Source: a virus. Taken from it: a DNA stretch of 64,000 nucleotides. The DNA is taken from the IMG/VR virus record IMGVR_UViG_3300003937_000247, one strand, 5' to 3'. The translations under genes were made by a program, and so were the position numbers. Positions 11,447 to 21,882 of this stretch are shown piece after piece. Numbering within the stretch: position 1 is the stretch's first letter; each line of letters begins with the position of its first letter. Below the pieces are notes generated by a model, which saw only the letters and a program-made list of their open reading frames with translations, did not search any database and had not been told where the DNA came from.

Positions 11447-11512
11447 TGTAAATAGAGAGGTACTTACTAATAATTATAATATGAATGAGTACCAGAAATT
11501 AATGGAGACAAC

Positions 11513-12448
11513 ATGGCAGTAAGAAAACCTTTATATGTAGCAAGTAGCAACTTACGAGAGATGACAACCGCAATGGTTTTAGAAATCGTACAAGCTGCTG
11601 TCTATCAATATTCACTAAATCCTGGCGTTGCTTTAACTGTATCTGCAGGCGGTGGAAACATCGGAAGTATTTCAGATACAAGAAAACAAGCAGGTGCTCA
11701 ATCAACAAGTACAACTGCATTTCCAAGTGAGGGTACAACAGCTGAACCTAGTACGGTTACAGTAACTTACAATCACGTTGTATCAACGGATGCTAGTTTA
11801 ACACCAACAGCTGACTCAGGCAAAACATGGCCTGTATATTACAATTCAAGTGGACAGATTCAAGCAATGAATTTAGCAGACGTAAAAGATACTTTTTTAC
11901 ATCCTGCAATTGACTTATTAGCTTCAGGTTCAACAGGAACAGATCAAGCTGGAACTTATACAGTAAGTACTGGAACATCTTTAGCAGGTAGTACCAACAT
12001 AAGTACAACAGCAATATATGCAGATACAAGAGCTGACACAGGTGCATATGCAGCTGGCAGTATTCCAGAAACACAAGATCAACCTACAACAATTACAAGT
12101 TATTACCTACATAGAATAAATGGAAATGATAATTCATTTACTGAACCGTATTATTTGGATGGTTCAAACAATGTTAAAGAATATACAACCGCAGCTATTC
12201 AATCATTATTACAAGAATGGATGAGAAAAACAGCGGCTGATTCTGGTGATGGTTATGCTTTGAGTTATACTCTAGGAACTACAGCAACTGGTAACACAAG
12301 AGGTTCTGGTATGGCTGATACAATTTTAAATGGTTCTGGTAATTATCAGACAAGATATGTAAATACAGATGACTATAGGGCGCAAGAGTTTCCTAATGGA
12401 TCATCTACAACAGCAAACACTTATTATTTAAGAATTATTAAATCGTAA
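11513..12448 (+). CDS. Virion structural protein of unknown function (candidate fibre tip/cap)
   Basis: RBS GGAG; Thr/Ser/Gly-rich; internal 'P.Y..S.N..E' repeats; late promoters upstream. Confidence 0.6.
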   Translation: MAVRKPLYVASSNLREMTTAMVLEIVQAAVYQYSLNPGVALTVSAGGGNIGSISDTRKQAGAQSTSTTAFPSEGTTAEPSTVTVTYNHVVSTDASLTPTADSGKTWPVYYNSSGQIQAMNLADVKDTFLHPAIDLLASGSTGTDQAGTYTVSTGTSLAGSTNISTTAIYADTRADTGAYAAGSIPETQDQPTTITSYYLHRINGNDNSFTEPYYLDGSNNVKEYTTAAIQSLLQEWMRKTAADSGDGYALSYTLGTTATGNTRGSGMADTILNGSGNYQTRYVNTDDYRAQEFPNGSSTTANTYYLRIIKS

Positions 12449-12482
12449 TATCATTCCTCCCGATATTGCTTTGTTATGAATT

Positions 12483-13232
12483 ATGAATATATTATTAACA
12501 GGTAGTGAAGGCTTTGTTGGCCAACATTTATTTAAATATTTAAAACCCAATCATAAAATAATTTGTTTAGACAAGTTAGCAGGTAATGATTTATTATCCT
12601 GTGACTTAAAATATTCCGTAGATTTAGTTATACATCTTGCTGGTTTATCTGGCGTAAGAGATAGTTTAGAAAGATCAACAGAATATTGGATACAAAATGT
12701 AATCGCAGGTCAAAGACTTTTTGATTATTTCAAAGACACAAGAATCCTATACGCAAGTTCATCAACAGCACACGAGCCTTGGAAAAATCCATATGCAATG
12801 AGTAAATATAGTTTGGAGCGTATTGCTCCTGCTAATAGTCTTGGTATGAGATTTACAACCATATATGGTCCTAATGCTAGAGAAAGTATGTTAATACCTA
12901 GAATATTAAGAAATGATGTGCCTTATATTAATACAAATCATAGTAGAGATTTTATACACGTGGAAGATGTTTGTTCGGCAATTTATTCTTTAATAACACA
13001 CAATGCTATTACAGCTTATCCAAATCATACAGGTGTCATAGATGTAGGTTCTGGTACGACAAACAATCTTATAAAGTTAATTGATTACTTCAAAATTGAC
13101 TGTGAGCGTGTTATAGGAGATGAGTATGAAAGAATAGATAATCTTGCCGATACTGCTATACTAAATAGTACTGGCTGGTCACCAAAGATTAATTTATATG
13201 ACTATATTAAGGAGAATAAAAATGACAACTGA
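12483..13232 (+). CDS. NAD-dependent epimerase/dehydratase (extended SDR)
   Basis: TGSEGFVG Rossmann motif, VIHLAG, YASSS, catalytic YAMSK, RFTTIYGP, RDFIHVED. Confidence 0.9.
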   Translation: MNILLTGSEGFVGQHLFKYLKPNHKIICLDKLAGNDLLSCDLKYSVDLVIHLAGLSGVRDSLERSTEYWIQNVIAGQRLFDYFKDTRILYASSSTAHEPWKNPYAMSKYSLERIAPANSLGMRFTTIYGPNARESMLIPRILRNDVPYINTNHSRDFIHVEDVCSAIYSLITHNAITAYPNHTGVIDVGSGTTNNLIKLIDYFKIDCERVIGDEYERIDNLADTAILNSTGWSPKINLYDYIKENKNDN

Positions 13233-13767
13233 AATTAGTGAAGCAAGTGCAATAACTGAAGAATATTTAAAAGATAATTTTTTAACAGCGTACTTCATTG
13301 ACAATGAAAGACAAAACATAGAGATACAAACTACAACTAGAGATAAGAAACAAGTTATAACAAATATTATACCTTTTGATGAAGAAGATGTAAAATTTAA
13401 AGCACTACAAAGTGTTATGAATGTGGATCAATTACACGAGTCTACATACCAAAAAGTTAAAAACGAAAGAAAATTGTTTGAAGAAACAGTTTTAAGAATC
13501 GCAAAAAAAGATGGTATTGTTATGGACTCTGCTAAGATTGATACAAAATTTTATCCAAAAGTAATTGACGCTCTTTTTAATGATGAGGAGAATGCAGATC
13601 ATCTCTTTGCATTGAAATTAGCTGTATTTGAATTAGAAAAAATTAAAGATTCACAAGAAGAAGATTTAAAAAAACAAATAAGACAATCTAAATCTAAAAC
13701 AGAAATTATAGCAAAAGTTTGTGAGATTTTACTTCCTAAACGAGATATCCCTATTGGGGATATGTAA
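13222..13767 (+). CDS. Hypothetical protein
   Basis: ORF with AAGGAG RBS before ATG 13222 (track start 13198 less likely); helical, charged; no motif recognised. Confidence 0.6.
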   Translation: MTTEISEASAITEEYLKDNFLTAYFIDNERQNIEIQTTTRDKKQVITNIIPFDEEDVKFKALQSVMNVDQLHESTYQKVKNERKLFEETVLRIAKKDGIVMDSAKIDTKFYPKVIDALFNDEENADHLFALKLAVFELEKIKDSQEEDLKKQIRQSKSKTEIIAKVCEILLPKRDIPIGDM

Positions 13768-14365
13768 GATCCGACTTTAAAAAATATTTAGAATACCAAC
13801 CAGTCCATCCTACTTCCATTATGTGGTGCATTTGACCAAGCGTACACATACTAATTTGAGATGTAGTATCAAAGGTCGCCCTTTGAGATGGTTTATTATA
13901 GATGTAATCCTTTATTGAAGGACATACTCTACCATAAGTTTTGTATTTTATATTTTTGTAATACCATTCATCACTACCTCTTGTATAAGTGTCTATAAAA
14001 TGCTTGTCATTAGCTTTAAATGTATTCCAGATGTGTGATACATCACCTGTCCAAGATACAACAGACGAATTTAAAGGTGTATGATTAGGTTCTCTCCACC
14101 AAGTATCATCTAAAAGTGTAAAATCTTTTCTAATTAAGTTGGGTAATTTATCAAAGATAATAACATCCAAATCAAAGTATAAATTTTCACCATCTCTAAA
14201 TCTATCATACATTTGAAATTTATTAAACCAATTACCATATAAGTCATCTTCAACAACTTCAAAACTATCATATTTTAGACCAGAGTATTTGTCTATCATA
14301 TGTTTTAAGTTATCAACGTGCCATTGAGTAAACTTATTACCGAATCTACAACAAATAATCCGCAT
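13751..14365 (-). CDS. GT-A fold glycosyltransferase-like protein
   Basis: 'WFNKFQMY...NLYFDLDVII' DxD motif, 'NSSVVSW', 'GSDEW'. Confidence 0.7.
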   Translation of the reverse strand: MRIICCRFGNKFTQWHVDNLKHMIDKYSGLKYDSFEVVEDDLYGNWFNKFQMYDRFRDGENLYFDLDVIIFDKLPNLIRKDFTLLDDTWWREPNHTPLNSSVVSWTGDVSHIWNTFKANDKHFIDTYTRGSDEWYYKNIKYKTYGRVCPSIKDYIYNKPSQRATFDTTSQISMCTLGQMHHIMEVGWTGWYSKYFLKSDLTYPQ

Positions 14366-14983
14366 TTATTTTTCTTCCTACTCCTGTGTAGTGTATAACT
14401 TTAAGTTTTTCGTTTACTTCTTTATCTAATATCATATAATCAGTATTAAACTTTTTCATATTTTAACGTAATTTTGTTCGCCGTAGTATTTTTTATGTAC
14501 AGTACCGTTATTATAAAAATGTAGTTGCCAGTATTCTGGATTAAGTGCGAAGTCATCCCAAACAAACTTCAAAGAACCTGATTTAAATTTATAAAACCCA
14601 CCATTAATACCTAACTTGTTTTCCCACCATTGACCATATGTAACTAATTCATTTTCTTCAACAGGCCAATTCAATAAATCATCTACATTGCTTACAATGA
14701 CTTGATCTATATCCATAATGATAATATCATCACCTGGATTTTGATGTGCAAATTGTGGACTGAAAAATTTTAGTTTGTGCCAATGTTTAACTATATTACT
14801 ATGATGGTTGTAGGGGTAGATAAAGTCAGCCTTCATCCCTGGATGTTCAAAAGGATGTTTTCTATCTGCTAAACATATAAACTGAAAGGGAACTGTTGAA
14901 TGTTTTTTTAAACCTTCGTAAAGTTTAGAAACATAAACTGGTGGATAAAAACCTTCAAAGAAGACTGTACATATTTTAAGCAT
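14346..14983 (-). pseudogene. Glycosyltransferase-like gene split into 14456-14983 and a 37-aa C-terminal piece 14346-14459
   Basis: 'WHKLKFF...MDIDQV...NGGFYKF...GEQNYV' then a stop; 'MKKFNTDY...KVIHYTGVGRKINADYLL' continues in another frame. Confidence 0.55.
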
Positions 14984-15911
14984 TAAGTCTTCTCCACACA
15001 AGGTCAAAATCTTTATTAATCGTGTGGCAAAGGATTGTTTCTTCAGGTATAAAACCTTGATTATATAAAAAGTAGTGCCATTTGCTGTCTAACCACAGAA
15101 CAGGTACCTCATTTTCTTTTAACTTAACTGAAAATAATGTTTCATTATCCCAACCAAAGTATTGTCTTATTCTATCAGGAAATATGTTAGTTACATATTT
15201 GTCATTTACTGTTACGATTTGAGGATCTTCTCTACCTTTAGGAATATATAAAATATCTCTTGTTTGGATTTTTAAATGTGACATTAAAGCCATATTCTCC
15301 TCAAACTCACCAAAGTAATCTAATCTTGCAAGATTTAATTTATTAATACCTACAATGCCAGTATTAATAACATCATTTTTAATACTCATTTTTTTTTCAA
15401 ACAACATTGCTTGAGCATTATAATATTTTGATGATGGACTTCTTATTGTTTGAGAGGTGTCAGTAATAGCTTCAATTGTATTAATTCTATCATTGTTATT
15501 TAATATTGCTATACCTTCATTTAAATTCCAATGTTCAAAAAAGTTTTCATTCTTCATAGGTACAACATCAAAATCCAAATATAATATTTCATCATATTCT
15601 TCAGCCAATAGATACATTAAATGTATCTTATAAAAGTTTATTATATTATACATTGTTAAGAAAGGATACTTTGTTTTCATTTTGGAATGATAAATCATAA
15701 AATCAGTATCATATTCATACAATTTAAAATCAGCACCTATTTTGTTAGCATACATTTCTTTTACAGCACAAAGGTCGCCATAATGAAGTTTAAACTGATT
15801 TTTTGTTCTTACGTTGACAGGAGTATCACCTTCTTTAAGGAGGTTTTTATCAAAGATATCTATGTCATCTTTTGGTATCTCAATATATAAAGTATAAATT
15901 ATTCTTTTCAT
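14976..15911 (-). CDS. Glycosyltransferase-like protein (DxD)
   Basis: 'FYKIHL...YDEILYLDFDVV', 'INTGIV', 'DNETLF', 'LDSKWH', 'CHTINK'. Confidence 0.65.
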   Translation of the reverse strand: MKRIIYTLYIEIPKDDIDIFDKNLLKEGDTPVNVRTKNQFKLHYGDLCAVKEMYANKIGADFKLYEYDTDFMIYHSKMKTKYPFLTMYNIINFYKIHLMYLLAEEYDEILYLDFDVVPMKNENFFEHWNLNEGIAILNNNDRINTIEAITDTSQTIRSPSSKYYNAQAMLFEKKMSIKNDVINTGIVGINKLNLARLDYFGEFEENMALMSHLKIQTRDILYIPKGREDPQIVTVNDKYVTNIFPDRIRQYFGWDNETLFSVKLKENEVPVLWLDSKWHYFLYNQGFIPEETILCHTINKDFDLVWRRLNA

Positions 15912-16036
15912 AATATTGCTCCTATTAGTAAACCAATTAATATTCCTTCAACCCAAAATGCCCACCTATGCGAACCTTTGGCTGTATGTTTTTTTATAAA
16001 TTCTTTTAACCATATGTCAAATTCTTTATTTTCCAT
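15908..16036 (-). CDS. 42-aa membrane-anchored peptide, not in ORF track (MENKEFDIWLKEFIKKHTAKGSHRWAFWVEGILIGLLIGAIL)
   Basis: Manual translation; AGGA RBS; fills the operon gap; ATGA overlap with next gene; hydrophobic C-terminus. Confidence 0.65.
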   Translation of the reverse strand: MENKEFDIWLKEFIKKHTAKGSHRWAFWVEGILIGLLIGAIL

Positions 16037-16046
16037 AATATTATTC

Positions 16047-16925
16047 CTATGCTGGCAAAGGATTCTTTTCTAAATCCTCAACTCTTGGAAGCCTTCCAAT
16101 TAATGTAAATCTTGTTCCTCTTTCATCATTAATTTCATCTTCTATAAGTATTTCGCAATCTAAAGGTATTTGTGTTTTAAATTCTTTTACATTGTTTACA
16201 CAATTTATATGAGTATCAATATTGAACATATCATTTGATTGGAACGCAAAATGAGCAGTCTTTTTCATTCTTGTCCACCATGGAACTTTACGTGTAACTG
16301 GTACACCAAATTTAGAATCAAAGTATAGGGATTTAGGTCCTGGAGGTCCCCATTCAGACATTGGTCTCATATGTTCACAAGCGGTGTTAATGAAGATATC
16401 AGCATTTGTATATTCTTGTCTAAATTTTTCAAATACATCATCCGCAATAAAATTTACATTTGGGTAATCCATAAACAATCTATTTTTAGCTACATTTATT
16501 ACTCTCTCGTCCATATCTATTGCTGTTATTTTTTTAACTCTAGGTGCTAATGCAGGGACTAGAATGCTTCCAAACCAACAACCAAATATAACTATTTCTG
16601 TTTGCTCGTTAATTAATCCAAATTCGTCAAGGTGATTTATGATATTAAATTTTGCGTTAACTTGTGGTGTACTGAAAGAATCTAAAAGACTATATTCTAT
16701 ATCTGGTTCTTTTTTTATAGTTTGTAATACGTTGTCAAGCAATCTATAATCAATGCCGTCATTTGTTGCCTTTAATATATTGTGTAAGAAACCAAATTGG
16801 TCATCCTCTTTTATTGCATATAATATATCATCAAGTGTTCTATAGTTTATATTTTTATTTTGCAAATCTATAATATTTTTAAAAAATTTCAAATTTTCTC
16901 GTTCTATCATTTTCTTATAATCCAA
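16047..16925 (-). CDS. Class I SAM-dependent methyltransferase-like protein
   Basis: 'VIFGCWFG' motif I, 'ITAIDMD', 'FIADDV', 'INTACEHM'. Confidence 0.75.
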   Translation of the reverse strand: MDYKKMIERENLKFFKNIIDLQNKNINYRTLDDILYAIKEDDQFGFLHNILKATNDGIDYRLLDNVLQTIKKEPDIEYSLLDSFSTPQVNAKFNIINHLDEFGLINEQTEIVIFGCWFGSILVPALAPRVKKITAIDMDERVINVAKNRLFMDYPNVNFIADDVFEKFRQEYTNADIFINTACEHMRPMSEWGPPGPKSLYFDSKFGVPVTRKVPWWTRMKKTAHFAFQSNDMFNIDTHINCVNNVKEFKTQIPLDCEILIEDEINDERGTRFTLIGRLPRVEDLEKNPLPA

Positions 16926-18421
16926 TCATTTATTATTAATATATCCAAATCAGTTCTTCTAAAGGTTCTTAAAGCGTGTTGTGGTGTTTCTACAATTGGT
17001 TCCTGACAATTGAAACTTGTATTTAACAACATCGGTATGCCTGTTATCTTATAAAACTCATTCACTATATTATAAAACTTTTTGTTATCTTTTATATTTA
17101 TAGTCTGTATTCTAGCCGTATTATCAACGTGAGTAATCCCTGGCACTTTATCAGTTTTAACTTGACATATACGTGACATATAAGGACTAGGTCCTCCTCT
17201 TGTATCAAAATATTCTTGGTAATGTTCTTCTAATACAACAGGTGCAAACGGTCTAAAATCTTCTCTCTTTTTTACTGTATGATTAATAATATCTTTAATA
17301 TCAGGATTGCGTGGGTCTGCTAATATGCTTCTATTACCTAATGCTCTATTACCACTTTCTGATTTACCTTGAAACCAACCTACAATTTTTCCATCAGCAA
17401 TTGCTTGTGCCACTTCTTTGTAATCTGCTTTTTCTTCACCTAGGTAATTATATTCTCTACCAGCATATGTGTTTGTTTTGTGTATATTATTATTTAAAGT
17501 AAAGTCAGCGTGTTGATATGTTCCTATTGCTTGTCCTTCATCACCTACAGCAGGTGGTATGAAAACACTTTTATAATGTTTAGTAAATTCTTCGTTCATA
17601 TATCCATTGTAAGCAACGCCACCTGCAATACATAAGTTATCACAAGTCTTTAATGGGTACACATATTTTTTAATTTTATCAATTGTAAATTTTTGAAGTG
17701 TGTATGCTAGGTCATCCATGCCGTGTGTTTCAACATCAATTTTTTTAAACTCTTTATATTTTCTTTCTAATACAGGTCCGTCCATTATGATTTCAAACGC
17801 ATTATAATAATAACTACTATACTTACCATATCCAACTTTACCCATAAGTTTACTTGCACCAAGTGTACCAAAACCTGTAAGATTAGACATATGGTTCCAT
17901 AACCAACCAAGAGGTAGTACATCTGATAAGTCTATTAAATTTTGATCTTTGTCAAAGAATACACATCTAAATTTTGATCCTATACCATCAATTGCTAGTA
18001 TATCTGATTGTTTAAAACCAGAGTTTATAAATGCGTAAGCAGCGTGTGATTGATGATGGTCTATAAAGTAGATATTATCTTTGTAATAATAATCCCATAA
18101 TTTTTTAGGGTCGTAATTAAATATTTCATCATGGCCTTTTAAAACTGTTTTTAGTAATTCATCTTTTGATTTTCTTACACCACCATAAGTATATGTCCAA
18201 GCTAGAATACCATCATCAGGTTTTTTAAAATATCTTTCAGTAAACTCATCATTTAATCTATAGTCGCCAGGATCCAATATGTCTGATTGATGAGCATATG
18301 CCTCGGCTCTATATGGTAAGTTGTGTTTAAATCTTGTTTGTCTTTCTGCTTGATAATGATATGCACCATCATAGGTATTGTGGTCGTGTAAATTTAATGC
18401 TACGGAATATATTTTACTCAT
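16907..18421 (-). CDS. Carbamoyltransferase (NodU/CmcH/TobZ family)
   Basis: HD, ER..R.KH, DHHQSHA, IDGIG, KLMG, AGGVAYN, GDEG.AIG, GWFQG..E.G.RALGNRSILADPR, REDFRPFAP, HVDNTARIQT, LLNTSFN. Confidence 0.95.
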   Translation of the reverse strand: MSKIYSVALNLHDHNTYDGAYHYQAERQTRFKHNLPYRAEAYAHQSDILDPGDYRLNDEFTERYFKKPDDGILAWTYTYGGVRKSKDELLKTVLKGHDEIFNYDPKKLWDYYYKDNIYFIDHHQSHAAYAFINSGFKQSDILAIDGIGSKFRCVFFDKDQNLIDLSDVLPLGWLWNHMSNLTGFGTLGASKLMGKVGYGKYSSYYYNAFEIIMDGPVLERKYKEFKKIDVETHGMDDLAYTLQKFTIDKIKKYVYPLKTCDNLCIAGGVAYNGYMNEEFTKHYKSVFIPPAVGDEGQAIGTYQHADFTLNNNIHKTNTYAGREYNYLGEEKADYKEVAQAIADGKIVGWFQGKSESGNRALGNRSILADPRNPDIKDIINHTVKKREDFRPFAPVVLEEHYQEYFDTRGGPSPYMSRICQVKTDKVPGITHVDNTARIQTINIKDNKKFYNIVNEFYKITGIPMLLNTSFNCQEPIVETPQHALRTFRRTDLDILIINDWIIRK

Positions 18422-19253
18422 TTAATACACTCCCATATTTTGATATAGGAAAATGACCTTTAGGGTTAACATATTCCATACAACTTTTACAATAACTCTC
18501 ATATTTAAATAATCTATAATTCATCATTTTGTCAACGTTCTCCTGTGTAATTTCAAAATTTTTAGATACTATTAAATTATTAGCAAACTTTTTGCTACAA
18601 TGTACTATGTGTCTTTTCTCAAAATCTATAACTGGCACCATAGGGAAAGCTGCACACATTTTTCTATCTATCTCGGCTGATTGTTCATCAATAACTTCTT
18701 TCATATTATCTTTGTTAGGCGTTCTACCATTAAAGGTTTTAAACATTGTGTTGTTATGACTTATTGCTTTTATATCTTCGGGAAAGTTATCTTTGTATTT
18801 AAAATAGTTAGGTGTTTTAACAACTAGATTGTAATTGTTAAAATTATTCTCTGGTAACCAAGGAAAATTACCTAACTTCTCAATTCTGTCTTCATAAAAA
18901 TCTTCTGTTGAGTGTTCTACATAAAGTATATCTTTATCTTCTAGTATTTCAGGATATCTTTTTCTAACAAAAGAGTTTGATAATACTGAACAAACAAAAT
19001 TAGGATACTTTTTAATTTCATTAATAACATCTCTTAAATTTTTAATTAGACCTGGCTCACCACCTAATAGACAAACACGAATTTTATATTTCCTTAACTT
19101 CTCTAAAGTACTCTTTAGAAAATCCATATCAACAGTTAAGTTTCTCATCTCTAAAGTATAACTTGTACAATAATGGCAAGATTTATTACACGACATAGAT
19201 AGGAAGAAGTCTATGGCTAAATAATCTTGTTGTATTTCTTTTAAATTTTTCAT
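18414..19253 (-). CDS. Radical SAM protein with C-terminal Cys-rich (twitch/SPASM-like) domain
   Basis: CNKSCHYC, GGEP; C-terminal 'CAAFP...HC...CKSC'. Confidence 0.85.
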   Translation of the reverse strand: MKNLKEIQQDYLAIDFFLSMSCNKSCHYCTSYTLEMRNLTVDMDFLKSTLEKLRKYKIRVCLLGGEPGLIKNLRDVINEIKKYPNFVCSVLSNSFVRKRYPEILEDKDILYVEHSTEDFYEDRIEKLGNFPWLPENNFNNYNLVVKTPNYFKYKDNFPEDIKAISHNNTMFKTFNGRTPNKDNMKEVIDEQSAEIDRKMCAAFPMVPVIDFEKRHIVHCSKKFANNLIVSKNFEITQENVDKMMNYRLFKYESYCKSCMEYVNPKGHFPISKYGSVLNE

Positions 19254-19570
19254 CTATTATCAAATTTGTTAAAGAACAGTTTATTAAATGCTATTAACAA
19301 CTTCTCTTTAGGTCTACTTTTAAAATTGGTTTTTTTGAAAAGATAATCAGACCTTTCGTAACATTTTTCTATAATATATTCATAAATGTCCTCATTTTCT
19401 TTTTCAGTAAGTGACCTGTCTATAACTAATTTATCTCCAAATATAAATTGCATTCTTTTAACAAACTGGATTAATCTGTATGGAATATCATCTGTTATAT
19501 CAACCATATTATTAGTATCATCAACATAACAAAAATTAGTTCCTTTTGGACTTACAATTATCTCATTCAT
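19250..19570 (-). CDS. Hypothetical protein
   Basis: ATGA-coupled to both neighbours. Confidence 0.6.
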   Translation of the reverse strand: MNEIIVSPKGTNFCYVDDTNNMVDITDDIPYRLIQFVKRMQFIFGDKLVIDRSLTEKENEDIYEYIIEKCYERSDYLFKKTNFKSRPKEKLLIAFNKLFFNKFDNR

Positions 19571-20661
19571 ATTGTCATTATAATTATATCACATATCTTA
19601 TCAACTTCATCATCTGTTACGTATGGATGAATTGGTAAAGATAAAATAGTTTCGGTTACTTTTTTACAATTTATACAATCGTCTTTTCTATGTATAATGG
19701 ATTTATACATTTCATTTTCAGATATAGGTTTGTTGTAATGTACATCTGCTTTCAATCTTTCTTTTAATAAATCTCTTGTTTTTTTGTCTTTTAATCTTAT
19801 AACATATTTGTGATAGTTATGATTAAGACCGTTCGTTCTTGGTTGTATAATTACAGGCAATTGTTTTAAATTGTTATCATATCTTATTGCAACATTTAAA
19901 CGACTATCTTGCCATTCATCCATCTTCTTTAATCTAAAGTTTATAAACTCAGCATTGAATAATAACATTTTAGAATTATATCCTAACACTTCATTGTTTC
20001 CGTGTCTTCTTAATTTTCTTACTAAATTTGCTTGTTCTTTATTGTCTGTTAAAAAAGCACCACCGCCTGCAATACCAGCTACAGGTTTATTTGCATTGAA
20101 ACTTATAGCGCTTACGTCTCCAATTGTACCTGCCTTAATACCATTAAAACTAGAACCTAATGATTGACAAGCGTCCTCTATAAATGCAATATTCTTTTCT
20201 CTACAAAATTCTAATATCTCAAATGTCTCCGACATACTTCCAAACAAGTGTGGATATATAATTGCTTTTACTTTTGGAGACCACATTTTTTTAATACTCT
20301 CTAAAGACATATGGTAAGTATCTGGATCAATATCACAAAATACAGGTGTTGCACCTACCATAGTGATACAAGAAGCAGTTGATATCCAGGAGAAGTTAGT
20401 TGTTAATACTTCATCACCAGGTTTAATTCCTATACCATCTTTAATACCTAAACTAATTAAAGCAAAATGTAATGCGTCTGTTCCACTACCTACAGCAACA
20501 GCATATTTTCTATCGGTTACTCCATATAATGAATGTAAAATACTCTTTTCTAAAAACTCTATATTTCTTTCTTGTTCTTTTTGCATAACTCTATCAAAAA
20601 GTTTTAAGTATTCTTCTTTGTTTTCTAAATATTCTCTACCCCAACCTGTGTAGTCTGTCAT
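19567..20661 (-). CDS. DegT/DnrJ/EryC1/StrS family PLP-dependent sugar aminotransferase
   Basis: SGTDAL, GDEV, GATPVFCDI, EDACQSLG, SFNANK (Schiff-base Lys), GYNS, LSLPIHP. Confidence 0.95.
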   Translation of the reverse strand: MTDYTGWGREYLENKEEYLKLFDRVMQKEQERNIEFLEKSILHSLYGVTDRKYAVAVGSGTDALHFALISLGIKDGIGIKPGDEVLTTNFSWISTASCITMVGATPVFCDIDPDTYHMSLESIKKMWSPKVKAIIYPHLFGSMSETFEILEFCREKNIAFIEDACQSLGSSFNGIKAGTIGDVSAISFNANKPVAGIAGGGAFLTDNKEQANLVRKLRRHGNNEVLGYNSKMLLFNAEFINFRLKKMDEWQDSRLNVAIRYDNNLKQLPVIIQPRTNGLNHNYHKYVIRLKDKKTRDLLKERLKADVHYNKPISENEMYKSIIHRKDDCINCKKVTETILSLPIHPYVTDDEVDKICDIIIMTI

Positions 20662-21521
20662 ATATAAACTCCTATTTTGTTCATACCTTTACTATATCCT
20701 AATTTGTCAAATATAAATTGTGCTATTTGTTCTTGCCCTTTTGCGTTTGGATGTAAATCTAATTTAGATATTCTTTCAACACCGATCCAATCATCTGATA
20801 AAGCAAAAGCATTTACTTCTAAATCTTTTTCTGTAGGCCAACCTAGGAAGTTACTATTAATTTTATTGTAATAAGGATTCTCTACCATTTGCTTTCTTAA
20901 CTTTTTTGCGGATTCGTGTTTGTAAGCCATCTCTACTGTTGTTAGTTGATCGTTTGTATTTGGGATTCCCAAATCCCAACCAACGTGCTCTTGTTCTTTT
21001 TGCCAATTTTTGTGCTTAAAATGGTATTGTTTTTGATGGAGATGTCCTGCCCTTTCAATCGCTATCTGTTCCCATATATAACCTCTATATAAATTTAATA
21101 TTTGGACTTGTCTATATGGCACTTTAAGATTTTCACAAACATTTTGAAAACTATAATAATATCTTATACTTCTATCTACCCAATATTCAATACAACCTTT
21201 AACATCTGTACTATCATTAGTCCAATATCTATTGTTAGTGATTCTGGTTGAGAGTTGGTAGTCACGTCTAGGTGCTGTTGTCCAAGCAGGAAGAACTAGC
21301 CCTATCCTATTTGTATTAAGTGTTTGTATTTTATCTATTAGTGAACTGTAAATATATTCTTGTCCTGCACCAGACTTACATAGATTGATACATTCCATAT
21401 TTACTTTTTCAGCCAATATTTCAGGCCACTTTGGCCAGTCACAATCCATATCAGGATGTGAAGCAGACGTCCAATTAACATCACCCCAACTACAACCACT
21501 TACTAATAATATATCTTTCAT
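20658..21521 (-). CDS. SGNH/GDSL-like protein
   Basis: N-terminal 'SGCSW', 'WPEILA...NLCKSGAG', C-terminal 'DLHPNAKGQ'. Confidence 0.6.
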   Translation of the reverse strand: MKDILLVSGCSWGDVNWTSASHPDMDCDWPKWPEILAEKVNMECINLCKSGAGQEYIYSSLIDKIQTLNTNRIGLVLPAWTTAPRRDYQLSTRITNNRYWTNDSTDVKGCIEYWVDRSIRYYYSFQNVCENLKVPYRQVQILNLYRGYIWEQIAIERAGHLHQKQYHFKHKNWQKEQEHVGWDLGIPNTNDQLTTVEMAYKHESAKKLRKQMVENPYYNKINSNFLGWPTEKDLEVNAFALSDDWIGVERISKLDLHPNAKGQEQIAQFIFDKLGYSKGMNKIGVYI

Positions 21522-21522
21522 A

Positions 21523-21882
21523 CTAAACTTCTTCCTTGATTATAGACTTACCTTCCTCATCAAAGTGATGGTTTATTTTTACTTTATCTTTGCCTCTATT
21601 TAAACAATGATACAAACAGTTATGAGGAATTTTTGAGTGGTCACCCTTCTCACCTTCTCTCATTAGTTTTTCAAAACCTCTCCATTCATCTGACAATAAT
21701 ATTTCATCTATAGATTCAACTTCACTTACTTTACTAACTTTTAACATCTTTTGAAATAAAGGTGTACTTAAAGTATATTCTTGGTCACAATAACAACAAG
21801 GTAATAAATGGCCTCTATTATTCATGGCCACTTGCATTTTACCATTTAAACATTTTGCAACAAACTTACCTTTCTTTGTCAT
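21523..21882 (-). CDS. Stand-alone SPASM/twitch-like Fe-S protein
   Basis: 'KC...NNRGHLLPCCYC...CLYHC' cysteine pattern; directly downstream of a short radical SAM gene. Confidence 0.6.
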   Translation of the reverse strand: MTKKGKFVAKCLNGKMQVAMNNRGHLLPCCYCDQEYTLSTPLFQKMLKVSKVSEVESIDEILLSDEWRGFEKLMREGEKGDHSKIPHNCLYHCLNRGKDKVKINHHFDEEGKSIIKEEV

